DNA of 64,000 bases, taken from positions 52,576,001 through 52,640,000 of the forward strand of contig OX597821.1 in NCBI GenBank assembly GCA_951406725.2, in the 5' to 3' direction. The DNA comes from Octopus vulgaris. Lineage: Eukaryota. Within the stretch, counting starts at the first letter, position 1; each line of letters starts with the position of its first letter. Both the position numbers and the translations under genes were made by a program. The notes under the pieces are model-generated. The model was not told the DNA's origin, ran no database searches, and worked only from the letters and a program-made list of their open reading frames with translations. Shown here piece after piece: positions 1 to 11,639 of the stretch.

Positions 1-558
1 TCGACCCCAGTGTCTAGCTGGTATTTATTTAATCGAGCCCGAAAAGATGAACGGCAAAATCGACTTCGCCGAAATTTGAACTCAGAACGTAGTGACGGGC
101 GAAATACTGCTAAGTATTTCGTCCAGCGTGCTATCATTTCTTACTTATGAATTGCCCACAAAGGGATAAAGATACAGGGGACAAATAAGGACAGACAAAC
201 GGATTAAGTCGATTACATCGACTGCAGTGCGTAACTGGTACTTATTTATTAGACCCCGAAAGGATTAGAGGCAAAGTCGACCTCGGTGTAATTTGAACTT
301 AGAACGTAGCGGCAGACGAAATACCTATTTCTTTCCTACCCACAAGGGGCTAAACACAGAGAGGACAAGCAAGAGCAGACAAACGGATTAAGTCGATTAT
401 ATCGACCCCAGTGCGTAACTGGTACTTATTTAATCGACCCTGATAGGATTAGAGGCAAAGTCGACCTTCTCGGAATTTGAACTCGGAACGTAACGGCAGA
501 GGAAAAACGGCTACGCATTTCGCCCGGCGTGCTAACATTTCTGCCAGCTCACTGCCTT
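1..558 (-). mobile_element. tRNA-derived SINE family A: head-to-tail dimer (~150-558) plus adjacent partial monomer (1-~140)
   Basis: Minus strand reads AGGCAGTGAGCTGGCAGAA... head, a B-box-like GAGTTC(A/T)AAT and a central GAGGTCGACTTTGCC..ATCCTTTCGGGGTC domain. Internal unit spacing is 184 bp (324 vs 508). Confidence 0.85.
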
Positions 559-606
559 AGTAAGAACTGTAATAATAAAGAAGGAAATAGTGAAGCATGT
601 TCCAAT

Positions 607-667
607 AAGTTGATATTACTCCATGCTGAAAGTTGATATTACTCCATGCTGAAAGTTGATATTACTC
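607..667. repeat. 23-bp tandem repeat, ~2.6 copies (AAGTTGATATTACTCCATGCTGA)
   Basis: Exact copies read directly at 607 and 630, partial copy at 653. Confidence 0.9.
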
Positions 668-1251
668 ACTGCTTGTATGATATTTTCAGTCAGAAATATT
701 TTTACAAAACTGTGGTATGTGGGACTTACTACACTTTTGAAAAATGCTAAACCTTTGTACTACACTTTGATATTTTTCATATCTTGGCATCTCAAGCAGA
801 TGGAGATACGATAGTTTGACCAAAGGAACCGGCTATTACAAGTAAAATTAAATATTGAGAAAAACTCATTTGACCAGATGTGGGCATACAATAGACTAAC
901 ATAATTGCAGCTTTATATTTATATATTCGTGCGTGTCTATACATTTATTTGTATAAGCAAGGGAGTTTATATATGTCGATTATATCAGCGTGTTTGAGAG
1001 TATGCGGGTATCCATCTCAGCTTCATTGCATGTATATGTACACTTATTCTTATCAATAATAATAATATAGTTATTTGTTTGGTTTTACTCTGTTCAACTG
1101 CTATCATTCTGTGTAGTATATAATATTGTTCTGTATGTATCAGTATGTGTGTCAATGTGCCTACGTGAATCCTTATGCGTATATCCATGTGTATGTTTCA
1201 TATGTGTGTGTATGTCGGTTTGTGCCAGTGGGTCAATATGTGGGTCAGTGT

Positions 1252-1638
1252 GGAGGCGCAATGGCCCAGTAGTTAGGGCAGCGGACTCGCGGTCAGAGGA
1301 TCGCGGTTTCGATTCCCAGACCGGGCGTTGTGAGTGTTTATTGTGCGAAAACACCTAAAGCTCCACGCAGCTCCGGCAGGGGATGGTGGTGATCCCTGCT
1401 GTACTCTTTCACCACAACTTTCTCTCACTCTTACTTCCTGTTTCTGTTGTACCTGTATTTCAAAGGGCCGGTCTTGTCACTATCTGTGTCACGCTGAATA
1501 TCCCCAAGAACTACGTTAAGGGTACACGTGTCTGTGGAGTGCTCAGCCACTTGCACGTTAATTTCACGAGCAGGCTGTTCCGTTGATTCGGATCAACCGG
1601 AACCCTCGTCGTCGTAACCGACGGAGTGCTTCCATTCC
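1252..1638 (+). mobile_element. Full-length tRNA-derived SINE (family B, tRNA-Arg-like head) with 14-bp TSD
   Basis: A-box TGGCCCAGTAGTTAGG, B-box GGTTTCGATTCC, (TTCCA)2 tail. TSD ATGTGGGTCAGTGT at 1238-1251 and 1639-1652. Confidence 0.9.
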
Positions 1639-1740
1639 ATGTGGGTCAGTGTATGCATGTGTACGGGAGCATATGTTACAATGGTCGATTCTACATGTGT
1701 GTATGCCATTATTTAGGCATTTGTGTGTGTGTTTGTGTGT

Positions 1741-1775
<35 letters not shown>

Positions 1776-2214
1776 TACGAATGTGTGGCTGTAGCTTCTT
1801 GTCATTTTACTGTAATATGTCTCTTTTCTAGTTCCTCCGTATCTTTCTTTTAGGATCTCTCTAATTTCCTCTTCCGCTACATATTCTTACTGGGTTGACA
1901 GCCAAGCTGAGATCCCTTTAATGCATTTTTTTGTATATCTAATTATGTGCTTATATCTTTGTTTTGATTGTATGTGTATTCCTATCTATATATATCCGGT
2001 TTTACTTTGATCTTATGTATGCTTTATGTTTTTATATTTTCATTTATCTATGTTTTCCTATCGGTGTATTCTACTTCACTACCTTTTTGTGTGGTAGTGT
2101 GTCTTCTCTCTCAGTTTTGCATGATAATTGATAGAAGGCAGCAGCTATTTAGATATGTATTGTTACAGGACTAAGTGAAATGGGTGAGGAGACGAAACTA
2201 GGTACTTGTTTAAA

Positions 2215-2325
2215 AAGTCACATGAAGAGAGGTAATCTGTACCTATGATGCAAGACAATTCATTTCATTGCATCTCACTTACAAGGTACAGGTACAAAAT
2301 AAGTCGAAACGATTGTTGTAGATTT
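2215..2325 (+). ncRNA. Degenerate type-I hammerhead-like motif with long stem II (Penelope pseudo-LTR remnant)
   Basis: AAGTC..ATGAAGA-GA..CTGTACCT/AGGTACAG..TC-GAAA-CGATTGTTG-TA-GATTT, followed by AATAAA. Core C3 is altered. Confidence 0.45.
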
Positions 2326-2588
2326 GAATAAAGAATTTCGTAAATTCAACTTTCTGTCTGATCTTATTATCAATATTTCCTTCTCATCTGCCTGCCAACA
2401 TCTTCGGAATCTAAGTTCAAATCATTTGAACACTAATATATGTATTCTAAACTGAGCATCTCCAGATTTAATCTGCTGACTCTCTCTCTCTCACTCTCCT
2501 TCTCTCTTTCTCTCACTCTATTTCCCTTCTCTCTGTCTTTACACACACACACACACATGTGTGTATTTTTGCGTGCGTGCGTGTGCTG

Positions 2589-2653
<65 letters not shown>

Positions 2654-3159
2654 GAAATAGAAAGATGAATAATCTTATTGCAGATTAATCAAAAGTTTAA
2701 CCGATACCTTTTCAGCAGTGACCATTGTGTAGGGCTGTTTACCAACTGACGGCCGCGCGATTAAACGTACATACGAACACATAAAATATTTTCTACCCCC
2801 TGACGGATTTCTCAGCAGTGACCAGTGTGTAGCGCTTCTTACCAACTTGCGGCTGCGCACATATAGAACAGTTCACACACACATGTTTCTAAGTAGATTT
2901 TGCCACGCCCCATATAATACACCTAATATTCTTTAAATAGTCAGAACTTTAGTCTCGGTCACAAAGAACATCTACGCACCCCGTGCTCTCACCCACCGGA
3001 ATGACCGCTGCCTGACCTGTTAAAATCTTCAACGCACCCACCACCCGATTTCAACATACATTGATAAACAGTTTGGCCATGGGCTCTTAGGAGCCTCGTT
3101 CGATTTGTTTTGCTGCGCCTCTGTTCTGTTTTTGTTTTTGCCGACGGATTTCCTATTTC

Positions 3160-3239
3160 TTCCTGAAGAGAAAGACACAATATGGTCTCCTTATTCAATC
3201 GGAATTTGGTAAATTGTGGCTTTCGAAACACGTGTAGAA
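3160..3239 (+). ncRNA. Type-I hammerhead ribozyme (Penelope-type)
   Basis: TTC-CTGAAGA-[GAAAGACACAAT...ATTGTGGCTTTC, 11/12 bp stem II]-GAAA-CACGTG-TA-GAA. Palindromic stem III ACACGTGT; AATAAA at 3243. Stem I is short (3 bp). Confidence 0.75.
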
Positions 3240-3296
3240 TGCAATAAAACGATTTCTGTTCAATCTTCGTTCAACTCCATTTCTTCAATTCACTAA

Positions 3297-3328
<32 letters not shown>

Positions 3329-4208
3329 ATTTCAACAATTGAGGGTAAAATTAATTAGTTAATTATTAATCAATTTCACCAAGTGTTCAGTATGTAAAGG
3401 GACCATTTAAGGCGAATTCAAATTATTACATTATATAAAAGGGCTTAGTAAAATAAATTACTTTGCCACATACTGAACTCATTAGAAATAGTAGCTAAAA
3501 AAACTTTTTTAAAACTATTTCTAATACTTAAAGAAAATCTCTCTCATATAGTGTTTGCTCAATTCAACTCACGAAAGTATGGGGGTAAAGACATTAAAAA
3601 ATCAAATGCAAAGGTTATTTGAGAACGTACGTTTCAAGATTAGTCAACTCGACATTTCTATCATCAGCTCAGAACTCCTTGGTTTGGATTTGAAAACACT
3701 GAAAGTGGGAGCATACCCTTTCGGCTTCTTATCGCTTCTGAAGATCTGCTCGAAACTAACAGTGCCAGCACAGCCAAAATATGCAAGCGAAGAATTTCTG
3801 CTCTCCCCTTTCCACCAGCGTGGGTTAAAATCAGTAAACACTATGCTTTTTCGGTAAATCCGAAACATTAAGTAGAGAGAGATGAATTATAATTTCAACA
3901 ATTGAGGGTAAAATTAATTAATTAATTATTAATCAATTTCACCAAGTGTTCAGTATGTAAAGGGACCATTTAAGGCGAATTCAAATTATTACATTATATA
4001 AAAGGGCTTAGTAAAATAAATTACTTTGCCACATACTGAACTCATTAGAAATAGTAGCTAAAAAACTTTTTTAAAACTATTTCTAATACTTAAAGAGAGA
4101 TTTTCTTTAAGTATTAGAAATAGTTTTAAAAAAGTTTTTTTAGCTACTATTTCTAATGAGTTCAGTATGTGGCAAAGTAATTTATTTTACTAAGCCCTTT
4201 TATATAAT
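3329..4208. repeat. Direct-plus-inverted repeat element between (TA)n tracts (Penelope-like pseudo-LTR architecture)
   Basis: ~205-bp near-identical direct repeats at ~3329-3535 and ~3890-4095. The second is followed at once by a ~110-bp inverted copy (~4096-4208). Confidence 0.75.
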
Positions 4209-5894
4209 ATATATATATATATATATATTTATACACAAGTGGCTGAGTGGCTTCGTTCCGTCTGTAGGGTTCGATCCGCCTGTAGGGTTCTTTGCAAATT
4301 TACAATTTCTGTGAGGAACTGGGTAAACGAAAATTGAATAGAAGTCGGTTGAAGGTATTGCACCTCTAACTCAAATGTAGCACCTTGCCACACATGTAAT
4401 TTATATTCTTTCTTAGAATTACTTTAAGGGTACATATGTCTTTGGAATACTCAGCCACTTACATGCTATTTCATTGAGCAAGTAATTCTGTTCATGAAAC
4501 AACTGAATCTTCATTTTCGAATCAAACATATGGGTGGGTATTTGTTTATGTATGTGTGTATGTACATGTGTGTTTCTGTGTCCGTGTGTGAGTTTATTCG
4601 TTTAGTTACAAACATTCCCGTGTTTCAGGAAAAAAGCAAACTTAAAAGTCGAACTACTAGATGCCTAGATATTTTTACTGATAAGTTTCAATTTTGGCAT
4701 CATTTTATAATACTAAGATTAGCGATACGTATACACTACAGGGTAAATCTAGTTAGTAATCATTGCCATGATGCATTAGGGCCTAATCAGTACTATTGAA
4801 TACCTCATCATTATGTTATATATCTAGATATTGTTGGCAGAGTTTGAAATAGTCCGACAATGGCCAAGACATGCCTCTAGGGAAAGTTTAACTCAGAATA
4901 GCAAAAGCTAAAATAACCAGCAGAAATTTTATATTTCCGTTCAAAGCATTTGTGATTTGAAATACATTGAAGACTCCTCAGAAATGATTTAAAATGCAAA
5001 TTTTGACAGAACACACACGTGTTTTCAGCTGCATGTTGTAATAATTTGAGCTATTGTACAGGTTAAGGTAATTGGCAAATTGTGATTTATTTGAGGGTGT
5101 CTGTATTGAATACAATGATATGTTAGCCATAAGATTAGAAATATCAACAACTGAGGTAGTAGCTGGACACAAGATATACACAAAAACACATGCCGTCTTG
5201 GGTGTGATTAGGAGAACAGTAAGGCAATTGATTATATTGGTCAAAGCCCAGAGTCAGATGATATAAATATCGATTGTATGATTGTTCAGTAGTTGACCTT
5301 CTGCACATATGTGTACAATCTGTGATGGATAGGAGCACGTAGTTATGTATTACTCGAAGGAAAATATTAGTCTTCAGACGAGAAGATTTGAAGAAAGGAC
5401 ATTCTGTGTTTATATTTCTGTACTTGCGTGTATATGAGTCTGCTTGTGTGTCTGTGTGTCTGGGTGGGAGTGTCTTTTGCGTGTATGGTTTACAGTAATC
5501 CTCGCATACATCCCTCATCCCTCATTCCCCATGAAAATAAACAAATAAATGGAATAATAAATAACCCAATAAAAGAACAAATCATATCAAAATATCCAAC
5601 CAGATTTGAATGATTAGAAACAGGAATACAATTCGATAATTAATTATCGAATAAACCAGATGGAATTTAACCACGATAATCATTCTAAACCAAACGACTT
5701 ACGTTCTAATTGTCATTTTAGAATTGTCAGAACGGCGCAGTTGTCTAAACAACGATACCATAACGTGATTAACACTTTAATAAGAGAGAAAGCAAATGAA
5801 AAATCGGAATAATTTAGGAGAAGATTATTATCGAATTTTGTAAAGTATTATACTTCTTGTTATGATGATATGGATGAAGTTGAAAATAATAATA

Positions 5895-6115
5895 ATTATC
5901 CCTTCTACTATAGGCACAATGTCTGAAATTTTAGTGGCGGTGCTTAAGTTTATTACATCGACACCAGTACTCAACTGGTACTTAACATATTGACCCCGAA
6001 AGCATGAAAGGCAAAGTCAACCTCCGCAGAATTTGAACTCAGAACAGAAAGATGGATGAAATGCCGCTAAGCATGTTTGTCCAGCGTACTAATGATTCTG
6101 CCAGCGCGCCGCCTG
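5895..6115 (-). mobile_element. SINE family A monomer
   Basis: Same head, B-box and central domain as 1-558; (TTA)n tail on the minus strand. Confidence 0.8.
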
Positions 6116-6816
6116 AATAATAATATAGGTGTTTGCAGTTATTTTCGAACGTTTGTCAATTCAATTTGACAATTGTTTTCCACCTGGAGATCCAGACTAA
6201 CCCAAACCCAGAGCAATTTAACCGGTCCCTCCATCCAGCGTTCGGTGTCGTTATTGAACCGTATTGACCTAGCTTGATTGCTCGAAGTAAATAGATTGCT
6301 CCGAAAGGAATTTGAATGCTCGAAAAGACGCTTCCTTGCATTCCGACTAATTTGAACGCTCCCGACGGGCATTTTGATTTGAATAATGTAAATGCTAAAC
6401 TCTTTGACCAATGTGCGAAATTGAATGATCGAAAAACGAATTTGAATGATTAACTTCATGGCGCTAATTTTTCTCGCGACTTTGAATGATCCGATTATAA
6501 AATTGAATGACAAATATAGAGTGGAAAAACCTTTAATGATGGTTTCAAAATTTTCCACAAGCACAAAAACTTCGGGTGAAGTAGTAAGTCAATCATATCG
6601 AAATCTGTGCTCAACCGGTACATCTTTTATAGACCCTGAAAGAATGAAAGGCAGAATTTGAACTCAAAACATAAAGACAGACGAAATGCCGCTAATCTGG
6701 TCCAGCACACAACGTCACCAAACAGTTAAACATTGGCTTCCCTACTCCAGAGGATGGCGACATGACGATATTCACAATGGACTCAACTGACAGCCGGATC
6801 CGTCCTACACGTGAAA

Positions 6817-6852
<36 letters not shown>

Positions 6853-6996
6853 GGCTGGCCAGATTGGAGCAATCTCAAAATTAATCAGCCTAAATTGCGA
6901 GGATGATCCGTTTCTAGACTGAAGATTGAAGGCTTCGAATGACCCGTCCTTTTTGGAATCATCTATTTGGATGTTTTACGTTCTCGTCTCATTTTG

Positions 6997-7072
<76 letters not shown>

Positions 7073-7230
7073 ATGTATGTATATATATATATATATATAT
7101 ACACATATGTATGTATATATATGCATATATATATATGCATATCCCTGCTTCCATTTCCTGAGCGCCTATTAATAATAATACTGTAATTGTTCCATTGTTG
7201 TTGTTTTTTTGTTTCCCGTTTGGATTAAAA

Positions 7231-7390
<160 letters not shown>

Positions 7391-7439
7391 GTATATATAT
7401 ATATATTGTATATATATGTATATTTATTTTATAGAAGGA

Positions 7440-7488
7440 GCTTCTACAAGACAAGAACTGTTTCATTCAAAAGAAATCATCAGGAAGC
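7440..7488 (-). ncRNA. Type-I hammerhead ribozyme (inverted partner)
   Basis: Reverse complement GCTTCCTGATGATTTCTTTTGAATGAAACAGTTCTTGTCTTGTAGAAGC; two substitutions in the stem III region, one giving a G-U wobble. Confidence 0.7.
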
Positions 7489-7535
7489 TTCCTGATGATT
7501 TCTTTTGAATGAAACAGTTCTAGTCCTGTAGAAGC
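7487..7535 (+). ncRNA. Type-I hammerhead ribozyme
   Basis: GCTTC-CTGATGA-T-TTC-TTTT-GAA-T-GAAA-CAG-TTCTAGTC-CTG-TA-GAAGC: 5-bp stem I, intact core, 3-bp stem II closed by a U-U mismatch, stem III, GUA cleavage triplet. Confidence 0.8.
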
Positions 7536-7648
7536 TCCTTCTATAAAATAAATTAATTTACTCTGCTATGTATTGAGTACCTTATTTACTGTGGTTAACC
7601 CCGACTCAACCCGGGACCTACATATATATATGTATATATATATGTATA

Positions 7649-7726
<78 letters not shown>

Positions 7727-7733
7727 ATATATA

Positions 7734-9292
7734 TTTTTTCTAGTTTCAGCTCAGAGCTGCGGCCATGCTGATGCACCGCCGTTTTGTGCTACACTGTTAT
7801 TACGACGAACCTCGTCTAATATGTGGCACTTGGTGGAGAATGGAGTTTGATATAGCTACTCTCATTTCCACCTCTTACCGTGAGGTAGCTTCATCTGGGA
7901 CTCTTGACAGGAAGATGTCCAGCTTTGATTTAAAAACCGCTACATCTACTTTGTGCAAGTTCCTCAGACTCTTTGGGAGAATATCAAAAAGCTGTGGGCC
8001 CTTGAAACCCAGGCTGCTGCAGAAGCTGGTCCTGAAGCGTGATGGCATTGCTGGGATCTTTGGCACTATGCAGTGTCGTCCCGTTCTAGCATTGGTGTAG
8101 CTTACAATGCCGAAATTGGATCTTCCAGACATATATTACTGCATACCTCTCCCGTCTTCTCTCCAAGGAATAGAGTCTTAGCCGTTTCAATCTTTCCCAG
8201 TAGCTGAACTGTTGCAAAGAGACGACCTTCTTTGTGAATCTTCTCTGGATTGCTTCAAGGTCCGCTGTTAATTTTATACTGGTGGGTGACCATAGCTGTG
8301 AGCAGTAATCCAGGCGGCTGAGGACGAATGTCCGCCAGAGGACCATCATGGTTTCCTTATCTCTGGTTCTGAATGTTCTTAGGATCCACCCAGCCAGTCG
8401 TCGGCACTTTGTCGCCATCCTGGTAATGTGCACTTGGAAAGAGGTATCATCACTCATGTCGATACCCAGGTCCCTAACAGACTTAGGCTCTGGGATTGAA
8501 ATTCCCTGTGGACCGGTGTATCCTGTAAGTTTAATATTCAGTTTTGAATGCTGGTAGCGCAGGGCCTGGAATTTTTCAGCATTAAACTGCATATTATTAT
8601 CCTCAGCCCATCTGTAGATTGAGTCCAACTCCTGCTGCAGGTGTGCAACATCGCTGGGGTTCTGTATTTTCTGCGAGACTTTTGTATCGTCTGCATAGCT
8701 GGCCAGAGTTGGCTATACGGGCATTTGAGGGCATATCTGAGAGGGCCACTATAAAAAGCAGTGGTCCCAAGACAGTGCCCTGTGGAACACCGCTCACTAT
8801 TTGTGTTTTCATAGAGGTAGCCCCATTAACCACTACTGCCTGACTCCTATCTTTCAGGAAGTCATGAAACCACACTCCAAGTTTTCCAGCTATGCCGAGG
8901 TTACACAGTTTGTGGCATATGTGATTCACCTTGTCAAAAGCTTTTGCAAAATCAAGGTAGATTACGTCCACATTTGATTTGTTGAGTCACTGCCTCAACA
9001 CCTAGTCATAATGTTGTAAGAGCTGGGTCAGGAAGCTCCTACCAGGTGGAAAACCATGCTGGTTATTTTCCTCAAGGAATGCGATTAGTTTTTTTTCTGA
9101 CTATCCTTTGCATGACTTTGCTGATGTGTGAAGTCAGAGAGATAGGCCTATAGTTTTTGGCATCTGCTCTACTTCCCCTTTTATGTATTGGGCATATTAT
9201 TCCCTCCTTCAGCTTGTCATTCGCAAGAAAGCTCTGGAAGTGAATCTTGAGAGGTATTGCCAGGGCATGCTTACACGCTTTGAGGAGGATGG

Positions 9293-9293
<1 letters not shown>
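7734..9293 (-). mobile_element. 5'-truncated CR1/L2-group LINE, frameshifted reverse transcriptase
   Basis: [49 protein letters not shown] motifs across ORFs 9072-9614, 8603-8971, 8086-8628 and 7875-8132. 3' stem-loop tail; flanked by (TA)n. Confidence 0.92.
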
Positions 9294-9386
<93 letters not shown>

Positions 9387-9431
9387 GTATGTATGTATAG
9401 ATATATATATATGTATGTATATATATATATA

Positions 9432-9481
<50 letters not shown>

Positions 9482-9517
9482 TATATATATGTACATATAT
9501 ATATGTATATATATATA

Positions 9518-9610
<93 letters not shown>

Positions 9611-9620
9611 ACATACATAC
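9294..9620. repeat. (TA)n/(TACA)n microsatellite
   Basis: Read directly. Similar tracts at 7000-7140, 7215-7420, 7620-7730, 14830-15320, 29595-29960, 34430-34510 and 56915-56980. Confidence 0.95.
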
Positions 9621-9758
9621 AGTGTTAGGTACATTTTATGTTTGCTTTATTTAAATTATTTATGTTCCATTAAATTTTATTTGTATTAAACTATTTGCTG
9701 TTTTTATTGTGCTACAAATAAAATAAATATCCATAATATTTTTCTACCTTTCCTCATA

Positions 9759-9808
<50 letters not shown>

Positions 9809-10059
9809 TACAATGCTGTGTACTTTGAGTTGATACGGACAGGACTACAGTTGTAAAAAGACTAACGCATACGATAAACAGTATACGGGAGGTTAATACG
9901 AGATGGAGTAGTAATAGCTAAACAGAAAGGGTTAAAAGTTGTGCTCAAGCTTGACAACAGTTAAACGACTGGAAACAGTAAGAGAATAAACACACACACA
10001 CACACACGCATATATATATATACGTATCCATATATACGCATATATACATGAATAAACAC

Positions 10060-10089
<30 letters not shown>

Positions 10090-10092
<3 letters not shown>

Positions 10093-10590
10093 GTTGAAAT
10101 TTACAGGAAAACAAAAGACGAAAACAAGTATATAAACAACAAGCAAGTGTATTAGTTTGACGCTCGGGAAAGTGAGAAAGTCTTTTACGTTCCGGGCCTA
10201 CGCTCCTCAACAGGAAGGAACACGAAGAAGTAAACAGAGAGAGAGAATAAATAAAATTGTGGATGTAGCGATAAATCATGGTGACTGGTTGGTAAAAGGT
10301 AGTTGGACAGGACAGCTAGAAAGATGGGGAGATAATAAAGTACTTGTGATCCCAAAATGAAGGTGAGCGTGCGCGTGTGTATGTTAGAGTGTGAGTGTGC
10401 GTGTGGATAGGGTTTAGTGACTTGTGCGTGTTGGCGTGTGGATGATGGTGTGTGATGCGGGTGATGGAAAGTGGTCATTGCTAGTATGTGTGGAGTGGTG
10501 TGATGTGGTGTGGTGTTATAGTAGTGTGTGTGGTGTGGGGATGCGAGGATGGGGTGTGGATTTGGGGAGAGGATATGGAGTTGCATATAT
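10090..10590 (-). mobile_element. Penelope-like 3' end / pseudo-LTR remnant with decayed minimal hammerhead
   Basis: Minus strand CTGTTGAGGAGCGTAGGCCCGGAACGTAAAAG resembles TGAAGA-GC..GC-TC-GAAA-CGTA minimal hammerheads; ends in (TA)n. Confidence 0.45.
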
Positions 10591-10673
10591 ATATTGTAGG
10601 AAGAGGTATGTATGTGCGTGTGTGTATATATATATATATATATATACAAATATATTTTTATATACATACGTAT

Positions 10674-10728
<55 letters not shown>

Positions 10729-11639
10729 CAGATACAAGACCATAGACAAAAACATGCTCAAAGAAACACAATTCCCTATCTTGCGAGAGCGGTTTCTCTC
10801 AATACTTGTTTGACTGAAAAGAAATATCGATCCATATAATAACTTAGAATAAGGTGAGATTGTATTTGTTCCCACACATAACCTATGATGTGAATAGGCT
10901 GCCGTAATGCAAGAATCGGTCTTTTTACTTCTTTGGTGAGAAGAGATCGAATAAAATGTCTGTTCTGTCTGCAAGGAAATTAACTTCGATTCATTTATCA
11001 ATACAAATTACAATTTTTTTCAACTTGCTTTCACTCAGAATTCTCGTTCGATAATGTAGGTACCAGGCACAATGTTTCGCGAGAATAATCACCAATTTCA
11101 TAACAATTTCCCGAAAAATCACCACCACCTCCATGGCAATGAGTTTGCTATAAATCCATTATTTGTCCATGCAACAAAGTGTTTATTAATATTATTAGTT
11201 TCCTTCCATATCATTGGATTTTATCAGAGTTCAGCAGTGAGCCATCAGCTGGTTCCACAGAGTGCAACATGCTATAGAATCGTTGCATGCTTGAGTAATA
11301 GCAATAAAGAAACCGTTATCGAGAAAATCGTGCATTTTCTAGATTTTAGTTAGGTTCCAGCATCTATTATCACATAGTTAATTCTTCACAGGAGACCAAA
11401 ATTGAATAAACTCAATCATAGCGTAAGAATTACATTCAACTGTCAGCTATTTATTATACGCTTGCATGTATTCTCCGTACATTATAAACATTGACAATTG
11501 AGAGATATGCTGTTGTGAAGCAACGGTTAACCGCCTTATATCTGTAACTAGCATCCTGTTATTGACCGGTGTCCATCCGATTTTTATAACAATGATGCAA
11601 CGCGAAGCTGATATATTCTCTTCTAGTTAAATCCTAATA

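Larger units (their letters stand above)
7422..7621. mobile_element. ~200-bp palindromic double-hammerhead element in (TA)n (copy 1)
   Basis: 66-bp inverted arms 7422-7487 and 7488-7553 centred on AAGCTT, plus a tail ending ACCCGGGACCTACA. Second copy at 59503-59661. Confidence 0.85.

Noticed and set aside
1252-1330. Functional tRNA gene (also 44743-44816 and 55460-55540)
   Set aside because: No proper acceptor stem; continues into a SINE body or TE context, and the 1252 copy has a TSD.
2989-3231. Harbinger-like ORF (FRLNKETILCL)
   Set aside because: Better explained as the antisense of the hammerhead-containing pseudo-LTR; no DDE motifs.
6905-6960. Hammerhead-like CTGAAGA..CGAAT..GTC
   Set aside because: GAAA altered, and stems I and III cannot be formed in register.
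10740-11620. Possible decayed transposase
   Set aside because: No diagnostic motif recognised in any frame.
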